Assembly: GCA_963675495.1 (NCBI GenBank)
Contig: OY776215.1
Location: forward strand, 1,152,001 to 1,216,000
Source: an uncultured Methanolobus sp.
GTDB lineage: Archaea; Halobacteriota; Methanosarcinia; Methanosarcinales; Methanosarcinaceae
Length of the DNA: 64,000 nt
Direction of reading: 5' to 3'
The notes beneath the pieces were generated by a model. The model made no database searches and was not told the origin of the DNA. It worked only from the letters and a program-made list of their open reading frames with translations. Shown here piece after piece: positions 20,481 through 30,848 of this stretch (the first letter of the stretch is position 1; the number at the start of each line of letters is the position of its first letter). The position numbers and the translations under genes are program-made.

Positions 20481-21827
20481 ATGATTTTGGAAAAACAGGT
20501 ACTTGACAGGATAAAACCCAGTCCTGAAGAAAAAGAGAAGTTACAGGAAGTAGCTTCCGAACTGCTATCAAATGTAAGTACTGTTGCAAAACATCTGGGA
20601 ATAAAGAATATCACTCCTAAACTTGTTGGCTCTGCTGCCAGAAACACCTGGATATCTGGCACACATGATCTTGATATTTTTATCGCATTCCCGGAAAGTA
20701 CCAGTCGGGAAGAGCTGGAAACTAACGGACTCCTCATTGCCAGGGAAGTCGCAAAAGATGGAAAGAACATTGAGGAACGCTATGCAGAACATCCTTACCT
20801 CAACATGAATTACAGAGGTTTCGATGTTGACCTGGTACCCTGTTTTGCCGTTGATTCCGCCTCCAAAATCAAGTCTGCTGTTGACAGAACACCTTTTCAT
20901 AATGAGTTCATCAAGATGAGCATCCCCGGTCGCGAAGACGATGTACTGGTAATGAAGCAGTTTATGAAAGGAACCGGAACCTATGGTTCCGAACTTCGGA
21001 CACAGGGATTCTCAGGTTATCTCACGGAGCTCCTGATAGTACACTACGGTTCATTCCGCAACGTAATACGAAACGCATGTAACTGGAAACCGGGACTCAC
21101 CATCGACATGCTGGAACATGGAACAGTCAAACACGCAGACCCTCTTGTTGTCATAGACCCCACCGACCCGAAAAGAAATGTGGCTGCTGCACTTTCACTT
21201 AATCAGTTTGCACAGTTCATAGAAGTCTGCAGGCTATACGCAGAAGGACCTTCGGAAGATTTCTTCTTCCCGAAAGAAAAAATCCCCATGAAGGAAAACG
21301 AGATCATCGATATGATGAACTCAAGGGGAAGCTCCTTTATTGCTATTGTCTTCAAAGCTCCAGACCTTGTTGATGACATACTGTACCCTCAACTGGGTAA
21401 AATGGAGCACTCTGTCCGCGCATTGCTCGAAGAATATGATTTTCAGGTATTGAATTCGGGCTACTGGGCAAAAGAGGACGCAATTATCCTTTTGGAACTT
21501 ATCTCATCTGAACTTCCCAATGTTAAAAAACATAGGGGACCACCTGTATGGGTAAATGAACATGCACGAGGATTCAAGGAAAAATATCAGGATTCGGATG
21601 AACTATTCGCACTTTACATAGAGGATGGATTCTACGTTGCCGATATCAGACGAAAGTTCTCAACTGCAAAGCATCTCTTCGCTGAGAGAATGAAAAACTG
21701 TTCACTTGGGAAACACATTGGAGAAGCAGTGACTGAAGGGTTCACAATTATTGAAGGCAGCGAGATAGCAAAAATAAAAGAATCTGAATTCCGTATATTC
21801 CTGAGAAAATGGGAACAGAAAAAGTAA
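20481..21827 (+). CDS. cca: CCA-adding enzyme (archaeal class I)
   Basis: VGSAARNTW...DLDIF, YAEHPY, SAVDRTPFH, GFSGYLTELL, DPTDPKRNVAAA. Confidence 0.97.
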   Translation: MILEKQVLDRIKPSPEEKEKLQEVASELLSNVSTVAKHLGIKNITPKLVGSAARNTWISGTHDLDIFIAFPESTSREELETNGLLIAREVAKDGKNIEERYAEHPYLNMNYRGFDVDLVPCFAVDSASKIKSAVDRTPFHNEFIKMSIPGREDDVLVMKQFMKGTGTYGSELRTQGFSGYLTELLIVHYGSFRNVIRNACNWKPGLTIDMLEHGTVKHADPLVVIDPTDPKRNVAAALSLNQFAQFIEVCRLYAEGPSEDFFFPKEKIPMKENEIIDMMNSRGSSFIAIVFKAPDLVDDILYPQLGKMEHSVRALLEEYDFQVLNSGYWAKEDAIILLELISSELPNVKKHRGPPVWVNEHARGFKEKYQDSDELFALYIEDGFYVADIRRKFSTAKHLFAERMKNCSLGKHIGEAVTEGFTIIEGSEIAKIKESEFRIFLRKWEQKK

Positions 21828-21854
21828 TTGTATTTACCTGGTTTTTCTTTACGC

Positions 21855-22691
21855 TCAGAGCCCTTCAAGCCTTTTCTGATAGAAGAAATACTGCTGTGCA
21901 TAGCCACAGTATTGTCCAAAATACATACGACCCCAGTTGCCAATCTTACTTTTCGTAGGGTTTCCGTTGAAGAAATCATGATGACCGTAGATAACCTTCA
22001 CTACTTTTTCAACATGGGTGTCTACCGGAAAAGCCTCCATTTTATCAAACGCAAAAAGTAGGATGCAGTCGGCCACTTTCTCCCCTATTCCTTCCAAGAA
22101 CATCAGTCTCTGTTTTGCTTCGTTGTAATCCACCTCAAAAATATCCCCCAGAACCAGATTCCCATCCTCTACATGTTTTGCAGCCTTGATCAGACGTCCT
22201 GACCTGAAACCAAGCTTGCAGCTACGAAGGTCACCATCACATGCATGAACAAGAGAATGTGGCTTCGGAAAACTGTAATAGCCCTCCTCGATCCCTTCCC
22301 CGTAATTATTGCACATCATGGAAATTCCCCTCTTAATGTTAGGAATACTCCAGGCGGTTGCAAGCATATAAGATATGAGACATTCCCATGGATCCTGCCT
22401 GATAAGACGAAGTCCCCTGTATTTTCTTATGGCCTCATCCATGAACTCATCCTTATTGACCTCTTGCAGGATGGCATCGAGGTCATCGTCAAAACGGAAA
22501 TAATTCTCAAAGTAACTTTTTGGCACCTTTGAATCCACCAGAACCTCGCCGCTTTTACTGTCCTGCTGCAAGCGTGCAAGATGACCATTTACAACCCCGG
22601 TCCACCAGCCATCGATAAAGTCCCACCGGAATACCTGACCACAATCAAGAGTGTAGTTCAGGTTGAAGTTCTCAGAGAAAAGAGTATACAT
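21855..22691 (-). CDS. 8-oxoguanine DNA glycosylase (OGG1-like, HhH-GPD family)
   Basis: TLDCGQVFRW, GLRLIRQDPWECLISY, HhH GIGEKVADCILLF, FPVDTHV, GYAQQY. Confidence 0.92.
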   Translation of the reverse strand: MYTLFSENFNLNYTLDCGQVFRWDFIDGWWTGVVNGHLARLQQDSKSGEVLVDSKVPKSYFENYFRFDDDLDAILQEVNKDEFMDEAIRKYRGLRLIRQDPWECLISYMLATAWSIPNIKRGISMMCNNYGEGIEEGYYSFPKPHSLVHACDGDLRSCKLGFRSGRLIKAAKHVEDGNLVLGDIFEVDYNEAKQRLMFLEGIGEKVADCILLFAFDKMEAFPVDTHVEKVVKVIYGHHDFFNGNPTKSKIGNWGRMYFGQYCGYAQQYFFYQKRLEGL

Positions 22692-22692
22692 A

Positions 22693-24087
22693 TCAGGAAT
22701 TGAGTTCCAGCTCCCTTAAAAAAATGGCGGCTGAGATAGTATCCCCAAGTCCCACGGTTGACACTGGCTCATCACAAATACGGGTTGGGACTATGGCCAC
22801 CAGATGAGACATGTGTATTCCACATGTATTGCTGCACTTCCACTCTTCTTCCATGTGTTTTGCAAGTTTGGAAGATGCTGCTTTTCCAAATTCACTTTCC
22901 GGTATCTCAGATGCTATCCTGAGTAGTTCCTCCCTATGGACAAGCTTCCCGGAACATGCAAAAGCAGCAGCACATCCGGCTCCAAAATCCATTGCCTTGA
23001 TTGTATTTTCAGGGTTGTCGTCTGTCCTGCACGATACTGAGAGTACGAACTCTCTTGTGTGAACAAGCATCCTGCAAAGTCCGAAATCACTGCAAAGTTT
23101 TATTGATGATTCCGCAATTGCCACCGAATCCATTGCAAGTATCGGTTTTGGGTCCATTCCATTGATACTGGCAAGCATGGCAAGTTCATCTTCATTCATT
23201 CCTATGCGGTCAACTATGGGAGATAGAACGGAGAAAGCGTAAGATGCTATTTTTTCGGACGAGAAATGACCGAATTCTACATGGATATGCAGATCTTTTC
23301 TAGCTTCTTTCCAGCTTTGAAGTTGCTTTAGGGAGATATCCAGTTTTGACCTGTAATCGTTCTTTGCAGAGCCATCTTCCTCTTCCTGTAACATGTGAAA
23401 ACCGGAAATAATAGCTCCATCCATCTCTTCTGCATGTTCAAGAGAGTAATCCCTGAAATGTTCATCAAGATGAAGCTGGAAGTTTAAGGGATCGTAGGTT
23501 GCTATGAACCGGTTTTCCCTTGGAACTGAAATTTGCTCATCTGAAAACGTAACAATATCTCCTTTTTTGAAGTCAAGTACAAAGTGAATGAGTTCAGGCC
23601 TGTTATTCTCAACTGGCAGGATATTTCCTATTTCCCTGCTACTGTATAGCTTTCCATCATATGGAAGGAAGATGCCCTTCTGAGAAAAAAAGGATGCCTG
23701 CAACTTTGAGAGACTGGCAACATTCGGCACCACTTTTGAAGCACCAAGTTCTGAGAGAACATTGGACATTATACCCATATTGCCGCCCATCCTCATTAAG
23801 GAACCATCGAGAAAAGTATTTTTGAGCCATTCAAAAACATCCTTGTCGTGAATAAGCCATTCGGCACCTGTACCATCACGCATACACAGGAGCAGGCCTG
23901 CAAAGAAGTCAGACTTTGATGATATGGAACCAGGAGGATTTGCTAATTTATCCTGAAAATCATCCTGAAAATCATCCTGAAACTTGTCCTGAAATTCTGC
24001 ATTCCTTTCAAGCATTCGGGAAAGTTCCTGACCATCAATGTGACTGATGGAATCTATATTTGCATTGTAGGCGCAGAGAATATTCAT
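22693..24087 (-). CDS. ADP-dependent glucokinase (ADP-PFK/GK family)
   Basis: AYNANID, RMGGNMG, PRENRFIA, GMNEDE, STVGLGDTISA; GK versus PFK assignment inferred from motif pattern and pairing. Confidence 0.85.
   Translation of the reverse strand: MNILCAYNANIDSISHIDGQELSRMLERNAEFQDKFQDDFQDDFQDKLANPPGSISSKSDFFAGLLLCMRDGTGAEWLIHDKDVFEWLKNTFLDGSLMRMGGNMGIMSNVLSELGASKVVPNVASLSKLQASFFSQKGIFLPYDGKLYSSREIGNILPVENNRPELIHFVLDFKKGDIVTFSDEQISVPRENRFIATYDPLNFQLHLDEHFRDYSLEHAEEMDGAIISGFHMLQEEEDGSAKNDYRSKLDISLKQLQSWKEARKDLHIHVEFGHFSSEKIASYAFSVLSPIVDRIGMNEDELAMLASINGMDPKPILAMDSVAIAESSIKLCSDFGLCRMLVHTREFVLSVSCRTDDNPENTIKAMDFGAGCAAAFACSGKLVHREELLRIASEIPESEFGKAASSKLAKHMEEEWKCSNTCGIHMSHLVAIVPTRICDEPVSTVGLGDTISAAIFLRELELNS
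23947..23994 (-). repeat. Four copies of a 12-bp in-frame tandem repeat (FQDK FQDD FQDD FQDK)
   Basis: Plus strand tttatcctgaaa / atcatcctgaaa / atcatcctgaaa / cttgtcctgaaa. Confidence 0.9.
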
Positions 24088-24090
24088 CGT

Positions 24091-25578
24091 CTACTCCTTT
24101 ATCTGGCATTTATTGATCTTAGACATTTTTGCAAGCATGGCAATAAAAGCACCTGCTGATATAGCATCACCTATACCCACTGTTGCAACAGGGTCCTTAA
24201 CAACTTTGGATGGGACAATAATAAGACCATGACTACTACTGCTTATACAACCATCCTCGAAGTCTTTAGCAGTACAGATGCCCCTTCTCACAAGATATTT
24301 TTCAAGTTCTATAAGGTCATCATATCCATCAGCATAGACGGGTACTTCCAGACCAACGGAAATATCATCAATACTTTTAATGGAGCCCAGGCTTGCCTGT
24401 GTTGCTGCAACTGTTGAAGCGAAAAGCAAGGCCTGCCTGTGAGAATCAGCATCCAGAGGATGGTCCTTTGCTACCACACAGATATAATATCCCAGTGAGT
24501 GAATATGCACCCTCTGCAACTCAAGTTCCTTGAGAAGCCTTACTGCACCTTCGTAAAGGGAAACAATACTGTTCTCACCTTTATTGATCACAGAATATGC
24601 CAGTTCCTCATATCCAAGTACGTTAAGTGCATTTGCAACTTCCACAGTATCAAGACCAAGTGAAGTTACATGCTTTTTCACGATGTCAGTAAGCAGGGCT
24701 TTACGGATGACCTTGTTCTGTATGGATGTGAATTCCACATGTATGCGCATCTGGGAATTGCATCCTTTAAGGCGCTCTATGACACTGACAGCTCTCTGAA
24801 CATAATCAAGATATGTTGTACCATCCTCATATTCCTCCTTGATCATCTGGTAACCGGCAAGTATTGCACCGTCTATGTCTTCCCTGATGTCTGAAAGTTG
24901 ATCGTACATCTCAGGACTCATGTCTATACGTATCCATTTAGGCCGGGATGATATTATCAACCGATTGTCCCTTGGAACGACATAGTTTTCACCTGCACAA
25001 CTGAACTTCATGCCTTTGGAGAATTCAAGTATCCAGTTGATCTTGGGTTTTTGCTCAGGGTCATATGCTTCTTTTGGATGTTTCAGAACTAGTTTCCCGT
25101 TCTCCATAACAGGATGCCACAGGTTAGGAGAATCCACAAAGTACTCAGCCTGCTCCCTTGCAAGCCATGGCACATAGCTGATGACATTCTTCACGCCAAG
25201 TGTTACCAGAAGATTGGATATGATACCAGCCTGTCCGCCCATGCGTGCAGAATCAAAAACAAGATTGTCCATCAACCATTCATGAATATCAGTAGTATAA
25301 GTAGGAACTTCAGCCGCCTTCCCATCCCGCATGGATATGATAAGGCGGGCCATAAAATCCACAGGATCTTTTATCTCACGAGGATATTCCACTATCCTTT
25401 CATGTATCTTTTCGCATCCCACTATTCCAATAAGCTTTTTTATGTCAGCTTCCCTGATATGTTTCATGGCATCAACATTACTGTTATAAGCCACGAATAC
25501 GCCCTGCACATTTCCAAGCTGCCCTTTTACATTAGAGACTGCTTCTAAATACCGTTTCTCCCAATCGGCAATGTCCAT
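24091..25578 (-). CDS. pfkC: ADP-dependent phosphofructokinase
   Basis: AYNSNVDA, GKAAEV, RMGGQAGI, KINWILEF, PRDNRLIISSRP, ATVGIGDAISA; start re-called at MDIADWEK; ends in TAG. Confidence 0.9.
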   Translation of the reverse strand: MDIADWEKRYLEAVSNVKGQLGNVQGVFVAYNSNVDAMKHIREADIKKLIGIVGCEKIHERIVEYPREIKDPVDFMARLIISMRDGKAAEVPTYTTDIHEWLMDNLVFDSARMGGQAGIISNLLVTLGVKNVISYVPWLAREQAEYFVDSPNLWHPVMENGKLVLKHPKEAYDPEQKPKINWILEFSKGMKFSCAGENYVVPRDNRLIISSRPKWIRIDMSPEMYDQLSDIREDIDGAILAGYQMIKEEYEDGTTYLDYVQRAVSVIERLKGCNSQMRIHVEFTSIQNKVIRKALLTDIVKKHVTSLGLDTVEVANALNVLGYEELAYSVINKGENSIVSLYEGAVRLLKELELQRVHIHSLGYYICVVAKDHPLDADSHRQALLFASTVAATQASLGSIKSIDDISVGLEVPVYADGYDDLIELEKYLVRRGICTAKDFEDGCISSSSHGLIIVPSKVVKDPVATVGIGDAISAGAFIAMLAKMSKINKCQIKE

Positions 25579-25749
25579 TATCTCACCCAATGAATACAAA
25601 TTATGTTTAGAGAGTATTTATATGTGATTGGTGAGGCGGCAATAACTTATTGGTACCCAATTTGTTATGATACGCAGATAAAACCACATTGTATAGAAAA
25701 AGTAGAATCAAAAAAATAGGGATGACTAAAGAATTAATCATACCAAAAA

Positions 25750-26934
25750 TCAAGTCGTATACTCAGCATTGATCCTGACATAATCATACGTCAGGTCACA
25801 ACCCCACGCAGTGGCAGTCTTATCACCCATGCCAAGGTCGGTTATAATGAATATCTCATCCTTGTCCATGATGGACTTTAGCTGGGAGAGGGTTTCCTCA
25901 TCATTCCTGACTATCTTACCGTCTTTAACCAGTTCAACGACTTCGGTTCCGGCTGAGAATGAAAGGGAAATCTTTGTCTGGTCCATATCTGCACCTGAAT
26001 AGCCGGCTGCTACTACAACACGTCCCCAATTTGGGTCCTGACCGAAGATGGCGGACTTGACCAGAGGGGAGCGGACTATGGACTTGGCTACAAGACGGGC
26101 ATCCTTTTCTGTGGCTGCACCAGTGACCTTGGATTCTATGAGTTTTGTGGCACCTTCGCCGTCGATAGCTATTATTTTAGCAAGCTCGGTCAGTACAAGA
26201 TCAAGACCTGCCTGGAAATCAGAGGTTTCCGGAGCGATACCGGACTGGCCTGTGGCTGTTACAAGTACCATATCATTGGTACTCGTGTCACCATCCACAA
26301 CTACCATATTGAAACTCTTGTCAACAGAACTTGTTAGGCATGAATGTAAATCTTCTGAAGAAATGTCTGCATCGGTGTACACAAAAGCAAGCATGGTACC
26401 CATATTAGGTTCTATCATACCTGAGCCCTTGGCGATTCCTGCTATGCGGATGCCTGAATCCATCTCAATGGCAACTTCCTTTGGGACAGTGTCAGTTGTC
26501 ATGATAGCACGTGCCGCACTCATACTTGCATCTCCATCCTCGCCCATGGAATCGAGTGTTTTATCCAGATGAGTGGTTATCCAGCCGGTGTCAAGCTTGT
26601 GTCCCACGACACCTGTGGAAGCTACAGCTACCAGTTCCTCATCAACTCCAAGTTTGGATGCAAGCGAGGACGCCATGATCCTTGCATCAGCAAGACCCTG
26701 TACACCTGTGAAAGCGTTTGCATTACCACTGTTTGCTATTACCGCAGAGAGCTTTCCGGTTTTAGAGAGGTTCTCCCTTGTAAGCACCAGCGGAGCTGCA
26801 ATGACCTTGTTCCTTGTGTAGACTCCGGCAGCGTTTCCTTCTGCCTGTATGATTGCCAGTCCCATCTTTCCGGGCTTGATGCCACCGGCGCGCACGCCCT
26901 TTACTGCACAAATACCGCCTTCAATGAATTTCAT
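25750..26934 (-). CDS. argJ: Ornithine acetyltransferase / N-acetylglutamate synthase
   Basis: NSGNANA, IMTTDT, KGSGMIEPNMGTML, DGDTSTND, DGEGATK, DPNWGR, INAEYTT. Confidence 0.97.
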   Translation of the reverse strand: MKFIEGGICAVKGVRAGGIKPGKMGLAIIQAEGNAAGVYTRNKVIAAPLVLTRENLSKTGKLSAVIANSGNANAFTGVQGLADARIMASSLASKLGVDEELVAVASTGVVGHKLDTGWITTHLDKTLDSMGEDGDASMSAARAIMTTDTVPKEVAIEMDSGIRIAGIAKGSGMIEPNMGTMLAFVYTDADISSEDLHSCLTSSVDKSFNMVVVDGDTSTNDMVLVTATGQSGIAPETSDFQAGLDLVLTELAKIIAIDGEGATKLIESKVTGAATEKDARLVAKSIVRSPLVKSAIFGQDPNWGRVVVAAGYSGADMDQTKISLSFSAGTEVVELVKDGKIVRNDEETLSQLKSIMDKDEIFIITDLGMGDKTATAWGCDLTYDYVRINAEYTT

Positions 26935-26960
26935 AATATTCCTTCTTACAATATCCCATA

Positions 26961-27428
26961 TTACAATTGTCCAAGACCGTCAATGATGTCGCCACGTGTG
27001 ACGATACCTACAAGCTGTTCATCCTCATCCACAACTGGAAGACGGTTTATCTTGTGTTTGGTAATGATAGTGGAGGCTTCCTGTATCGAATCTTCCGGAC
27101 TGACCGTGTAGACGTGTTTTGTCATGATATCTTCAATTGGCTTTGAACCTACATCATCGAGCATGTTCTTGGTTTCTTCCCAATTTAGCAGCTCGCGGAT
27201 AGGAACCTCAATAACCTCGAAAGGACTTGGCAACCAGAGTCCCCCATGTTCCGGGACTTCCAGCAGTTTCAGTATATCGCCTTCTGAAACGATACCTACT
27301 ACCTTGCCCTCATCCGCTACCGGCAGACCACTGATGCTTTCCTGCTTCAGGAGTTGCGCCACATCTCTTATCGCATCATCTGGAGCACAGGTAACAACGT
27401 CCGGGTTCATTACATCTTTTACTTTCAT
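26961..27428 (-). CDS. CBS-pair domain protein
   Basis: VKDVM, SGLPV...VVGIVSEGD and NRLPVVD..LVGIVTRGD. Confidence 0.93.
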   Translation of the reverse strand: MKVKDVMNPDVVTCAPDDAIRDVAQLLKQESISGLPVADEGKVVGIVSEGDILKLLEVPEHGGLWLPSPFEVIEVPIRELLNWEETKNMLDDVGSKPIEDIMTKHVYTVSPEDSIQEASTIITKHKINRLPVVDEDEQLVGIVTRGDIIDGLGQL

Positions 27429-27469
27429 GATTATACCTTACTTTACTATAATATTTCAGGATTTGCACC

Positions 27470-28483
27470 TTAAGGGAAGGTTGCAGCATTCCAGAGTCCG
27501 GCGGTCTCGTCAAAACCACACATGAGGTTCATGTTCTGTATAGCCTGTCCCGATGCACCTTTCACAAGATTGTCAATAGCTGAGACAACAACTACACGGT
27601 TGTTATTTTCATCAACTTCAAATCCGATATCACAGAAATTGGAGCCGCGAACCGCACCAAGAGTTGGGATTCCCTTGATGACACGCACAAATGGTTTGTC
27701 AGCATACATACCCTCGTACAGCGACCTCACATCATCCAGCGTGAGTTTTTCCTTTGTGAAAATATGGGCTGTGGTGAGGATTCCCCTGCATGATGGAACC
27801 ACATGAGGTGTGAAACTGATGTTCGTCAGGGAATTGTCCAGACGATTGAGCTCCTGCACGAATTCAGAAACATGCCTGTGGGTTGTCAGCTTGTACGCCT
27901 GCACATTCTCAGCCATGTTCGGATAGTGTGATGTCTGCGAAGGCTCAATTCCAGCACCTGTGATGCCTGACTTTGAGTCGAACACAACGGAACTGACAAG
28001 TCCTGCCTTTGCCAGCGGAGCAGCACCCAGTATCGCACCTGTAGGGAAACATCCCGGGTTTGCGATGAATGTCTGTTCAGCAACCTCTGGATGGAGCTCC
28101 GGCAGACCGAACACAGCTTCCATGGGACTCTTATGCTCAAGATTATAGACGGATTCGAACACATCTGTCTTGAGCCTGTAGTCCGCACTCAGATCTATGA
28201 CCTTTGTCTTCCCATCAATAAGCTTAGGCACTATATTCATTGCAGTACCATGTGGCACAGCCACAAAAACCACATCACACTGCGATCTTACCTCTTCAGG
28301 ACTGAGGTTCTGGAACTTAAGGTCCAGAAATCCCCTCAGATGTGGGTGCGTTTCACTAACATCCGTTCCTGCAAGTTTCCTTGAAGTAGCTACCGTAATA
28401 TTGACCTCGGGATGGTTCAGGAGCAAGCGCATAAGCTCCCCGCCAGTGTATCCCGATGCACCGATTATTCCTGCATTTATCAT
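27470..28483 (-). CDS. argC: N-acetyl-gamma-glutamyl-phosphate reductase
   Basis: GASGYTGGEL, IDLSADYRL, ANPGCFPT, SGITGAG, IDNLVKGASGQAIQNMN. Confidence 0.97.
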   Translation of the reverse strand: MINAGIIGASGYTGGELMRLLLNHPEVNITVATSRKLAGTDVSETHPHLRGFLDLKFQNLSPEEVRSQCDVVFVAVPHGTAMNIVPKLIDGKTKVIDLSADYRLKTDVFESVYNLEHKSPMEAVFGLPELHPEVAEQTFIANPGCFPTGAILGAAPLAKAGLVSSVVFDSKSGITGAGIEPSQTSHYPNMAENVQAYKLTTHRHVSEFVQELNRLDNSLTNISFTPHVVPSCRGILTTAHIFTKEKLTLDDVRSLYEGMYADKPFVRVIKGIPTLGAVRGSNFCDIGFEVDENNNRVVVVSAIDNLVKGASGQAIQNMNLMCGFDETAGLWNAATFP

Positions 28484-28889
28484 AATTCTCACTGTAAAGT
28501 TATTATCAAATATAGGATGGAGAAGTGATTGTAGGGGTATAATGGTTGCGCTTTGGTTGTGAGGAGAAGAATGAAAAATACAGTGTGTATAGAATGACCC
28601 TAGTTAAGAATATTAATTTGAATAAATCTTAACCATTAAGCAAAATTATATGCTTATCAACATAAACAGGACTATTCCCACTACAAATAAGAGTCCGATA
28701 ATTTTGAATACTATCTTCATACTTGAATTGAAATCTTTTTTAAACTGCTTTTTAATACTGCGGATACTTTCACGCCTATAATCCATAAAAACCTAATATC
28801 AAATATTGTATCACCTCTATATAAAGAATTTACAGGGCTGGTGAAAGTATTATAAAAAATCCCATCCAGCTAACAATTCTAAAAAATAT

Positions 28890-28920
28890 CAAAAAAGACG
28901 GTCAACTGAACCATCCTTCT
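28890..28920 (-). terminator. Hairpin plus U-tract after the exported hypothetical gene
   Basis: Minus strand AAGGATGGT-TCAGTTG-ACCGTCTTT followed by TTT. Confidence 0.55.
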
Positions 28921-28940
28921 GAATACAGTATGCTCACTCA

Positions 28941-29399
28941 TTAAAAACCAAAAAACTGTGATACTTTCAGGACCACATTTGCAACTGTGTATTTGACAGT
29001 ACTTACAAGACCTACTGGCTCGATGACTATTTCTCCATTGTCCTTTGCAGCAATGAACTCAGCCAGCGGATCTGAAGACCTTATAACGCTTCTTACTGTA
29101 GCTTCATTTGCACCTACGATCATGGTTGCATCGAACTCTTCGTCTTCATCAACCTCTTCAAATGTAGTGATGTAACCGTCTTCTGTAATTGCTTTTATAT
29201 ATACCTCATCTCCATCGTCAGTGACGATCGCCAGTTCGATAACCTCATTTCCCAGGAGGGATTTTAGGTAAGAAGGCAGGTATTCGGCATTCGCATTGTA
29301 TTCATCGACCTTAATGTTTAGGTCATCAACTATATCTGCACTGGCAACTGGCATCATTATCGCCAGCAACAGCATCAATATGATTAGTATTTTTTTCAT
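28941..29399 (-). CDS. Exported hypothetical protein, possible SCP2-like lipid-binding fold
   Basis: Signal peptide MKKILIILMLLLAIMMPVASA; DATMIVGANEATVRSVI...AEFIAAKDNGEIVIE resembles the SCP2 C-terminal half. Confidence 0.75.
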   Translation of the reverse strand: MKKILIILMLLLAIMMPVASADIVDDLNIKVDEYNANAEYLPSYLKSLLGNEVIELAIVTDDGDEVYIKAITEDGYITTFEEVDEDEEFDATMIVGANEATVRSVIRSSDPLAEFIAAKDNGEIVIEPVGLVSTVKYTVANVVLKVSQFFGF

Positions 29400-29504
29400 C
29401 CACGCTCTCTCCATTTCGATTTTATTACTTTATTATAAGAAACTCCCTAATCATATATATGTTATAATTCTAGTTATGCTTTTTCACACTGCAGAAAAGA
29501 ATGG

Positions 29505-30686
29505 TCAACTGAACCACCCTCTTGTCCTCATACATACTTTCACAAGCATGAGCATAACAGGCACTTCAATAAGAACCCCCACAACAGTTGCAAGGGCAGC
29601 ACCAGATGAAAGACCAAAGAGTATCGTAGATGTGGCAATGGCAACCTCGAAATGGTTCGATGCACCGATCATTGCAGAAGGAGCTGCATCCTGATAGCTC
29701 AGTTTCAGCAGCTTTGCAAGAATATACCCCAGCGTGAAGATGAACACCGTCTGAATAAAAAGCGGCACAGCTATCCACAGAATTGTCAGTGGTTGTGACA
29801 GTATTGTTTCTCCCTTGAAACTAAATAGCAGTATAAGTGTAACAAGAAGGGCTGTTATCGTCACAGGTGTCAGCAGGTGGACAAAGCTCGTATTGAACCA
29901 TTCCTCACCCTTCTTATGGATGATCAGTTTTCTGGAAACATACCCCGCAGCCAGTGGAAGTGCCACGTATATCCCTATGGACAGAGCCAGCGCCTGCCAG
30001 GGTACAGGAAGCCTTCCCACACCCAGCAGGAAACCTCCCAGGGGACCATAAAGAAACAGCATAGCAAGAGAATTTATCGCAACCATCACAAGAGTATGGC
30101 AGTCATTCCCACGAGCCAGATATCCCCACACAAGTACCATTGCAGTACATGGAGCTATTCCCAGAAGGATACAACCCGCAAGGTAGCTTCTCCACAATGG
30201 GACCTCCAGCATCTTGATACCATCCTGAAGAACAACGGTTCCTTCACCATAACTCGCACCTACAGGAAGATCAAGTCCGAAAGGCATCTTCACAAGGTCT
30301 GTTGCTTCCGGACCAATGAATCCGAGAAACAGTGTGCCCAAAAAGAAAAGCGATATCAGGTACATTGTAAACGGCTTGATAGCCCAGTTAATGAAAAGTG
30401 TAAGCCCCACTGGCTTCATACTCTTACCAGCCTTGAGAACTTCACCAAAATCGATCTTCACCATGATAGGATACATCATGAAGAACAGGCAGATAGCTAT
30501 TGGAATCGAAACAACCGGTGCTTCATTCACATATATTGACAGGCTGTCAAGATAGAGTGCAACTTCCGGTGCAAACCTCCCAAGCAGAATTCCCCCAATG
30601 ATACAGAGAATTACCCACACCGGAAGGTACTTTTCAAAGAAGGCAAGGCCTTGCGGCTCTTTAGTGATACATGCTTTTGTAGCCAT
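29505..30686 (-). CDS. acr3: ACR3 family arsenite efflux transporter
   Basis: [64 protein letters not shown]. Confidence 0.96.
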   Translation of the reverse strand: MATKACITKEPQGLAFFEKYLPVWVILCIIGGILLGRFAPEVALYLDSLSIYVNEAPVVSIPIAICLFFMMYPIMVKIDFGEVLKAGKSMKPVGLTLFINWAIKPFTMYLISLFFLGTLFLGFIGPEATDLVKMPFGLDLPVGASYGEGTVVLQDGIKMLEVPLWRSYLAGCILLGIAPCTAMVLVWGYLARGNDCHTLVMVAINSLAMLFLYGPLGGFLLGVGRLPVPWQALALSIGIYVALPLAAGYVSRKLIIHKKGEEWFNTSFVHLLTPVTITALLVTLILLFSFKGETILSQPLTILWIAVPLFIQTVFIFTLGYILAKLLKLSYQDAAPSAMIGASNHFEVAIATSTILFGLSSGAALATVVGVLIEVPVMLMLVKVCMRTRGWFS

Positions 30687-30777
30687 AGAACTGATCCCCA
30701 CAAATGTTCTTTCCCCGAGAACTTAAACAGATACGGAACAGACATTAAACCTCAAATACTTGTTCTGAACATCCATT

Positions 30778-30817
30778 TTTCAAATATATTTGAAATGTTG
30801 GGCTGTAAATATATAAG
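30778..30817 (-). promoter_or_regulatory. acr3 promoter with palindromic operator (ArsR-type candidate)
   Basis: Perfect 18-bp palindrome TTTCAAATATATTTGAAA (30778-30795) just downstream of a minus-strand CTTATATATT TATA box (30817-30808). Confidence 0.6.
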
Positions 30818-30848
30818 AATTATGCTCACAGCAAATAAGAAAGTAGCA

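Noticed and set aside
30190-30310. Soluble insertion loop in Acr3 ([11 protein letters not shown]...[10 protein letters not shown])
   Set aside because: As far as I recall this loop occurs in a known ACR3 subgroup; nothing here suggests a new function
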